A DNA stretch of 64,000 bases. Origin: an uncultured Planctomycetota bacterium. GTDB lineage: Bacteria > Planctomycetota > Planctomycetia > Isosphaerales > Isosphaeraceae. The notes below the pieces were generated by a model. That model saw only the letters and a program-made list of their open reading frames with translations, was not told the DNA's origin and did not search any database. Below, piece after piece: positions 54,502 to 64,000 of this stretch. Where the stretch lies: assembly GCA_963737655.1 (NCBI GenBank), contig CAVTTN010000002.1, positions 6,208,001-6,272,000 of the forward strand, read 5' to 3'. The number at the start of each line of letters is the position of its first letter. Positions within the stretch are counted from its first letter, which is position 1. The position numbers and the translations under genes were made by a program.

Positions 54502-55941
54502 ATGCCCGATCGCCGTCTCCTCCGGCTCTCGGCCCTGATGGCGGTGGCCGTCTCTTGCGTGGCGGGCCCGTCCCGGGCCGACGACCGCCCGAAGAACGTC
54601 TTGTTGATCCTCGCCGACGACCAGAACACCGACCTGGGCCCCTATGGACACCCTTCGGCCAGGACGCCGAACCTCGACCGCCTGGCCTCGCGAGGCGTCC
54701 GGTTCGGCCGCGCCTATTGCCAGTTCCCCCTCTGCAACCCCAGCCGCGCCTCGTTCCTGACCGGCCGGAGGCCCGACTCCACCGGCGTCCTCGAAAACAC
54801 CACCCACTTCCGCAAGAACCTGCCCGACGCCGTGACCCTCCCGCAGCTCTTCCGCAACCACGGCTACTTCGTGGCGAGGGTCGGCAAGCTCTACCACTAC
54901 GGAGTGCCCAACCAGATCGGCACCCCGGGCCTGGACGACCCCCCGTCGTGGCAAGAGACCGTCAACCCCCGGGGCCGGGACAGGGACGACGAGGACAAGA
55001 TCTTCACCATCAGCACCCGGAACCGCAACTTCGGCGGGACCCTCAGTTGGCTCGCCGCCGACGGCACCGACGCCGAGCAGACCGACGGAATCGGGGCCTC
55101 CGCCGCGATCAAGCTCCTCGAAGACCACAAGGACGGGCCGTTCTTCCTCGGGGTCGGCTTCTATCGCCCCCACACGCCGTATGTCGCGCCGAGGAAGTAC
55201 TTCGAAGACCACCCCCTGGAATTCGTGAAGCTCGCCGAAAATCCTCCCGACGACCGCAAGCACATCCCTCCCGGGGCGATCACCGTCCGCCCGCCGAACT
55301 ACGGGATCAGCACGGACCTCCAGAAGCAGGCGATCCAGGCGTACCGGGCCTCCACCACGTTCATGGATGCGCAGATCGGCCTCGTGCTCGACGCGATCGA
55401 ACGCCTCGGCCTGGCCGATTCGACGATCCTCGTCTTCTCCAGCGATCACGGCTATCACCTGGGCGAGCACGGGATGTGGCAAAAGATGTCCCTGTTCGAG
55501 GAATCGGCCCGAGTCCCCCTGATCATCGCGGTGCCGGGTTCCAAGGCCAAGGGCAAGACTAGCACAACACCCGTCGAGATGATCGACCTCTACCCCACCC
55601 TGGCGGACCTCTGCGGGCTGAGGGCGCCCGAGTCCCTCGAAGGCAAGAGCCTCCGCCCTCAGCTCGACGACCCCTCGACGCCCGGGAAGGGCTTCGCAAT
55701 CTCCCAGGTCCGCCGAGGCAACCGCCCCGACGCGATCTCCGGGTTCGCGATCCGGACCGACCGCTACCGATACGTCGAATGGTCCGGAGGGGGCCGCCAG
55801 CTCTACGACGAGCAGGAAGACCCCCACGAACACAACAACCTCGCCCGAGACCCGAAGCACGCCGAGACAATCCAGGAGCTCCACAGGAAGCTCCACGAGA
55901 CGCCCGGCCTGAAGATCTCCGACAGCACGCCCGGCCGCTGA
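54502..55941 (+). CDS. Secreted formylglycine-dependent sulfatase (iduronate-2-sulfatase-like)
   Basis: NVLLILADD, CNPSR, GKLYH, RPHTP, SDHGYHLGEH. Confidence 0.93.
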   Translation: MPDRRLLRLSALMAVAVSCVAGPSRADDRPKNVLLILADDQNTDLGPYGHPSARTPNLDRLASRGVRFGRAYCQFPLCNPSRASFLTGRRPDSTGVLENTTHFRKNLPDAVTLPQLFRNHGYFVARVGKLYHYGVPNQIGTPGLDDPPSWQETVNPRGRDRDDEDKIFTISTRNRNFGGTLSWLAADGTDAEQTDGIGASAAIKLLEDHKDGPFFLGVGFYRPHTPYVAPRKYFEDHPLEFVKLAENPPDDRKHIPPGAITVRPPNYGISTDLQKQAIQAYRASTTFMDAQIGLVLDAIERLGLADSTILVFSSDHGYHLGEHGMWQKMSLFEESARVPLIIAVPGSKAKGKTSTTPVEMIDLYPTLADLCGLRAPESLEGKSLRPQLDDPSTPGKGFAISQVRRGNRPDAISGFAIRTDRYRYVEWSGGGRQLYDEQEDPHEHNNLARDPKHAETIQELHRKLHETPGLKISDSTPGR

Positions 55942-56106
55942 ACGGAGTGGCACCTGTGGAAGCGTCCGTCGGTCTTGCGAAGCCCGGGCAATCCCGACTA
56001 TGATCGTGAAATTTTCCGGGCCGCGCCGCCCTTGGTCCTCCGGGTGAGCGCGGCCCGACGTGCGCCCGCTTCGCGCCTCCTGATGCCGTTGAGACGAGAC
56101 CCTGCC

Positions 56107-59334
<3,228 letters not shown>

Positions 59335-59379
59335 TGGGCCACTCGAACCGAGGTCCGGCGACGAGAGCCAGGATCCCAT

Positions 59380-59664
59380 GTCGCCCCGACGATCCCGCTC
59401 CCCAGGAAGGTCCGCCAGGGGCGGGACGAACCCGCGGAGGCCCTCTCCGCCGTCGAGCGACTCGCCCTCCGCCTCCACCACGAACTCCCTGGGCGATTGA
59501 GAGACGGCGACCGTCCGGCGTTCCGGGTCGATCATCCGGCCGAGGGGAACCTCGGCGGCGAAATACTCCTGGCGCTTCCGGCCCATCTCCTCGGCCGTGT
59601 TGCCTTCGCTGAGGATCTCGACGGCGAGGTCGGCCGGCGTCCGGGCTTCGGGCGAGATGGTCAT
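59380..59664 (-). pseudogene. Degenerate C-terminal half of a Uma2 gene
   Basis: DLAVEILSEGNTAEEMGRKRQEYFAAEVPLGRMIDPERRTVAV..LDGGEGLRGF; the N-terminal half and a proper stop are missing. Confidence 0.7.
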
Positions 59665-59746
59665 GCCGAGCCTCGATGGCGAGTCGCCCTCGTGATCCCG
59701 GCCGATCGTGGTAGACCGGCGGACGTCCCGAATGGAGGTCCCGCTC

Positions 59747-60297
59747 ATGGCCACGGTCGAAATCGAATCCCCGTTGACGTCCCTCCCGATTCGCTGTACG
59801 AGGTCGTCGACGGCCGCTTCGTGGAGAAGCCGCCGATAGGCGCCTATGGATTCGAGCTGGCGAACATCCTCGCGGACTTGATCCAGGACTTCGCCAGGGG
59901 TCGGGGCCTGGGCCGGGCCTTCGTGGAGATGCTGTTCGATGTTCGCCCGGCGGTGAACCGAAGCCGACGGCCCGACGTCGCCTTCGTCTCGGCGGCGACC
60001 TGGCCGGTGGACCGCCGGGCTCCGAAGACCGCCGCCTGGGCCGTGGTGCCCGACCTGGCCGTCGAGATCCTTGGCCCCACGAACTCGGCCTCCGCCGTCG
60101 CGGGCAAGGTCCGCGAATATTTTCAGGCGGGCGTGAAGCTCGTGTGGGTGGTCTATCCCGATCAGGATGAGGTCTACGTCCACGACTCGCCGAAGGCCGT
60201 CACCATCCTCGGCCGGGGCGATTCGCTGGACGGCGGGGCCGTGCTGCCCGGGTTCGTCCTGGGCGTCGATGACCTGTTCGGCCCGCCTTCGGCGTGA
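59747..60297 (+). CDS. Uma2/DUF820 family protein; frameshift near 59769-59772
   Basis: GGAGG plus ATG (MATVEIESP), then YEVVDG, RRPDVAFV, PDLAVEI, EYFQAGVKLVW. Confidence 0.85.
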
Positions 60298-60309
60298 TCT
60301 CCTCCGATT

Positions 60310-60324
60310 TGGCACCGGGTTGGC
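60310..60324 (+). promoter_or_regulatory. Possible sigma-54 -24/-12 promoter for glgC
   Basis: TGGCACCGGGTTGGC has GG-N10-GC spacing; the -12 element is imperfect. Confidence 0.3.
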
Positions 60325-60401
60325 TTGCGCCCCGTTTCCGCGCACAATGAGTTCGGGCGGGCCGGACCGCCCCGGGGGTCGTGCGGAGCGGAGGCGTTGG
60401 C

Positions 60402-61644
60402 GTGCTTCGAGATGTGATGGCGATCATCCTGGCCGGAGGCCGGGGAACTCGGTTGGAACCCCTGACCAGGGACCGGGCCAAGCCGGCCGTCCCGTTCGGC
60501 GGGATTTATCGGATCATCGACTTCGCCCTGTCCAACTGCATCAACAGCGACATCCGCAAGATCCTGGTGCTGACCCAGTACAAGGCCGTCAGCCTCGCCC
60601 GGCACATCGACCAGGGCTGGCGGTTCCTCACCCGAGAGGCTCGACGAGTACATCGAGGTCATCCCCCCGCAGCAGAGGATCGCCGAGCACTGGTATCAGG
60701 GCACGGCCGACGCAATCTATCAAAACGTCTACACGATCGAGAAAGCCAGGCCGCGCGACACGCTGATCCTGGCCGGGGACCACATCTACAAGATGGATTA
60801 CTCGGCGATGATCGCCACCCACCGGGCCAATCGCGCCGACCTGACGATCGCCTGCCTGCCGGTGAACCGCCCTCTCGCCCGCGAGTTCGGGGTGATGCAG
60901 GTCGATGATCAGGACCGCGTGATCGGCTTCGAGGAGAAGCCCCGCGACCCTCGCCCGATGCCGGGCCATCCGGATCTCGCCCTGGCGTCGATGGGTATTT
61001 ATGTGTTCTCCACCGACGTGATGTACGAGCTGCTCTTCCAGGACGCCGCGAAGAAGGACCAGAGCAAGCACGACTTCGGCAAGGACATCATCCCGGCCAT
61101 GCTCTCGCAGTCGCGGGTGTTCGCCTACCCGTTCCGGGACGAGAACCGCAAGCAGGCCGCGTACTGGCGGGACGTGGGGACGCTCGACGCCTATTATCAG
61201 GCGAGCATGGACCTGATCCAGGTCGATCCGATCCTCAACCTGTACGACCGGCACTGGCCGATCCACACCTATCAGCCCCCCATGCCCCCGCCGAAATTCG
61301 TCCACACCGACCCCGACCGCCGGGGCGCCGCGTACAACTCGATCGTCTGCCAGGGGGCGATCGTCTCGGGGGGCCAGGTCTTCCGGTCGATCCTCTCGCC
61401 CGGGGTGAGGATCAACAGCTTCGCCCTGGTCGAGGACTCGATCCTCTTCGACGGCGTGGAGGTCGGCCGCCACGCGAGGATTCGCCGGGCGATCCTCGAC
61501 AAGGAGGTGAAGGTGCCGGCCGGATTCGAGATCGGCTGGGACCGTCGCGCCGACCTCGCCCGAGGGCTGACCGTCACCGACGACGGCCTGACCATCGTGG
61601 CCAAGAGCGAGGACCTCGAACGGTTCGCCCCCCACGGGGGATAG
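60402..61644 (+). CDS. glgC: Glucose-1-phosphate adenylyltransferase; +1 frameshift near 60638
   Basis: [65 protein letters not shown]. Confidence 0.95.
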
Positions 61645-61658
61645 GCCTCGGGGGAGGA

Positions 61659-62276
61659 TCAAGGCAACAGGTCATCGACGGCCACCCGGCCGACCTCGAC
61701 TCCGTCCAGGACCAGCGGGACGAGGTCGCCGGGGGCGAATTCGGCCCGCGATCGGTGCGACGGCTCGGCCCCGGGGCCGGTCGGGTCGGCGAAGGCCTCG
61801 ACCCGGCGAGCCACGAGGTTCACGATCCAGTAAAATGGGATGTTGGCGCGGGCGTAGATCCGGCCCTTGAGCTTGCGGTCGGAAGACAGGCTGGAATCGG
61901 AGATCTCGACGGCCACGGCGGTGTTGGCCGGCCCGGGGTGCCTCTGGAGGTAGTCTCGCCGGTTCCCCCGGACGATCGCGAGGTCCGGCTCGGGGACGCT
62001 GTCGGCCGTCTCCACCGAGCCCTGATTGCGGATGTGATATCCCGCCCGAGTCGCCAGTGGCGAAAGGAAGTCATAGGCGAGGTCGTTGGCGATCGCATGC
62101 GGAGGGTTCTTCGTCATCTTCGGGGCGATCCATCCTTCCAGGAGCTCGAAGCGATCGTCGGAATCGAAGAAGCCGTCGCGGACGAGCCGCAGGTATTCCT
62201 CGACCGTGAACCGCTTGACCGGCATCGGCGGGATGACGAAGTGATCGAGGGCGGGCAGATCGGTGACGGTGGCCAT
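61659..62276 (-). CDS. Uma2/DUF820 family protein
   Basis: RFTVEEY, ELLEG, PEPDLAI, VEISDSS, K..IYARANIP.YWIVNL. Confidence 0.9.
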   Translation of the reverse strand: MATVTDLPALDHFVIPPMPVKRFTVEEYLRLVRDGFFDSDDRFELLEGWIAPKMTKNPPHAIANDLAYDFLSPLATRAGYHIRNQGSVETADSVPEPDLAIVRGNRRDYLQRHPGPANTAVAVEISDSSLSSDRKLKGRIYARANIPFYWIVNLVARRVEAFADPTGPGAEPSHRSRAEFAPGDLVPLVLDGVEVGRVAVDDLLP

Positions 62277-62322
62277 CGGGACGGCCCTCCCAGGAGCTGG
62301 AGCCGAGGGGCGAGGTCTTCCA

Positions 62323-63438
62323 CTATATCCGAAGGCCCTTGGCCCTCGCGATCGATTCATAGAGATCGGCGAACCGCCCGACCATCGCCTCGGCGCGGAA
62401 GGCGCCCTCGGCCCGGAGCCTCCCGGCCTCGCCCAGCCTCCTGGCGAGCCCGGCGTCTTCCAGGACCGTTCGGATCGCCCGGGCCAGGGCGGTGGGCGCC
62501 TTCATCGGGACGAGCAGGCCGGTCTCGCCGTCTTGCACGACCTCGGTCGTCCCCGGGGCCGCCGTGGCGACGACCGGCTTGCGGAACCTCATCGCCTCCA
62601 GGACCACATTCGGCAGACCCTCGTACAGGCTGGGCAAGACCAGAACGTCGCTGGCGGCGAGGAGCCTCGGGACGTCTTCCCGGTGGCCGAGGAACCGGAC
62701 CATCGGGCCGAGCCGGAAGGCCCGGACGAGGTCTTCCAGCTTCGCCCGGAGGGGGCCGTCGCCGACGATCAGGGCCCGGAAATCGGGCCTCACGTGCTGG
62801 AGGACGTCCAGGGCGGCGATCAGGTCATCCACGGCCTTCTGCGGGGCGAGCCGGCCGACGAAGAGGATCAGGGGGGCGTCGGGTTCCAGGCCGAGCGACC
62901 CTCTCACCGCCTTCGGGTCCACCTCGGGCGGCTCCTCGTCGCCGATCCCGGAGGGGATCACCGCCAGGCGGTCGGCGGGCACGCCGTTCTTCCGATAGAA
63001 CGCCGCCACGGCCTCCGAGTTCCCCACCACGCGGTCGGTCCAGCGCGCGAGGAACCGATCGACGGCCAGTTGCGACCCGCCCTTCCACAGATCGACGGCC
63101 ATCTCGGCCACGACCACGACCGGCACCCCCGCCCTCTTCGCCGCGATCCGCCCGTAGGTGTTCGCGGCGAAGATCCAGGTTTGCACCACGTCGAAATGCG
63201 TCTCCTTCATGAACCGCGAGAGGCGAAGCAGCGCGAACGGGTCGGCCTTGAGCCTCTTGCCGATCAGGGTGATCGGAATCCCCGCCTCGCGAAGCTCCGA
63301 TTCCAGGGGGCCCAGCCTCGTGAGCGCGGCGACCTCCACCCGGAAGCGGTCGCGAGGCAACCCCTTCGCCAGGAGGACCATCTGTTTCTCGGCGCCCGAG
63401 CGGTCGAGCGTGGGGATCAATTGCAGGACGTTCAGCAC
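62323..63438 (-). CDS. Glycosyltransferase family 4
   Basis: SGAEKQ, VGRLAPQK, IVGDGP, EGLPNVVLEAM. Confidence 0.9.
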   Translation of the reverse strand: MLNVLQLIPTLDRSGAEKQMVLLAKGLPRDRFRVEVAALTRLGPLESELREAGIPITLIGKRLKADPFALLRLSRFMKETHFDVVQTWIFAANTYGRIAAKRAGVPVVVVAEMAVDLWKGGSQLAVDRFLARWTDRVVGNSEAVAAFYRKNGVPADRLAVIPSGIGDEEPPEVDPKAVRGSLGLEPDAPLILFVGRLAPQKAVDDLIAALDVLQHVRPDFRALIVGDGPLRAKLEDLVRAFRLGPMVRFLGHREDVPRLLAASDVLVLPSLYEGLPNVVLEAMRFRKPVVATAAPGTTEVVQDGETGLLVPMKAPTALARAIRTVLEDAGLARRLGEAGRLRAEGAFRAEAMVGRFADLYESIARAKGLRI

Positions 63439-63569
63439 AGAACCGATCTCATGGGGATCGCGGGAGAACCCGGACATGGCTACGATGAGGGAGGACCCAA
63501 TCGAGTCGGGACGGGTCGGCATCCCCACTCAACCCAACCTCCGAGATCGCGACGAGAGAAGGGGCGAAG

Positions 63570-63932
63570 GTGCCCGAGACGGCGGTACGATTATATCGGG
63601 AGGAGGATGGGAGCGTTCCCTTCCTGGACTGGCTCTCGACGATCCCGCCCAAAGCGCAGAACAAATGTCTCGCCTTCCTCGAACGTTTGCAGACCTTCGG
63701 CCACGAGCTCCGGCGACCGGCGGCGGACTTCCTCCGAGATGGCGTGTACGAACTTCGAGTGACTCTCGACCGGAATTATCGTGTCCTTTACTTTTTCCAC
63801 GAGCAGACGGCCGTGATTTCGCACGGGGTCGTCAAGGAACGTCGAGTCCCCCCGGCCGAGATCGATCGCGCCCTGGTCCGAAAGGCGAATTACGCACTGT
63901 TCCCGGATCGTCATACGGCGACGGAGGCCTGA
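63570..63932 (+). CDS. RelE/HigB-like (Gp49-type) toxin
   Basis: P..DWL, LRRP.ADFLRDGVYELRV, YRVLYFF, SHGVVKE. Confidence 0.85.
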   Translation: MPETAVRLYREEDGSVPFLDWLSTIPPKAQNKCLAFLERLQTFGHELRRPAADFLRDGVYELRVTLDRNYRVLYFFHEQTAVISHGVVKERRVPPAEIDRALVRKANYALFPDRHTATEA

Positions 63933-63934
63933 AG

Positions 63935-64000
63935 ATGAAGCCCGATCGAAGTCCGACGACCGATGCCGTCGAAATCCTGAGACGCCGAATCGACCCGACG
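63935..64000 (+). CDS. Probable HigA-like antitoxin, N-terminus only (runs off the window)
   Basis: GGAGG plus ATG 2 nt after the toxin stop; TTDAVEILRRR. Confidence 0.55.
   Translation, partial: MKPDRSPTTDAVEILRRRIDPT

Noticed and set aside
55948..55965. TGGCAC upstream of carB as a sigma-54 promoter
   Set aside because: No GC at the -12 position.
60600..60660. Programmed frameshifting or true pseudogene status for glgC and the other split genes
   Set aside because: No slippery heptamer or further decay; the density of indels fits sequencing error.

Overview
High-GC chromosomal window that looks like a planctomycete (Isosphaeraceae-like). The evidence is DUF1501, a PVC-type CxxCH multidomain protein, a LEPR-XLL-type N-terminus, an ECF sigma/Ser-Thr kinase pair and many Uma2/DUF4058 paralogues. 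Housekeeping genes (clpX, rtcA, sodC, argH, lysA, carB, glgC) are interleaved with carbohydrate enzymes (CE15, GH5, sulfatase), a glycosyltransferase/flippase cluster, a methyltransferase plus type III PKS pair, an orphan DNA methyltransferase and two type II toxin-antitoxin loci. About 10 genes carry single-base frameshifts, mostly in G/C runs, which most likely reflect long-read assembly errors. The most striking structure outside the genes is a dense set of intergenic palindromes from several distinct families. These include GTAG-REPs whose GTAG supplies stop codons and which bracket lysA, long purine/pyrimidine-skewed foldbacks with 8-9-nt periodic arms (one nested inside another), a GGTGG REP doublet and heptamer tandem repeats. 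The best candidate protein system is a three-gene module: a LEPR-XLL-type membrane-anchored protein, an ECF sigma factor with a DSMD motif, and an atypical (HMD/DFH) TPR kinase. I saw no rRNA, tRNA, CRISPR array or transposase. All family assignments come from motif recognition by eye, not from database searches.
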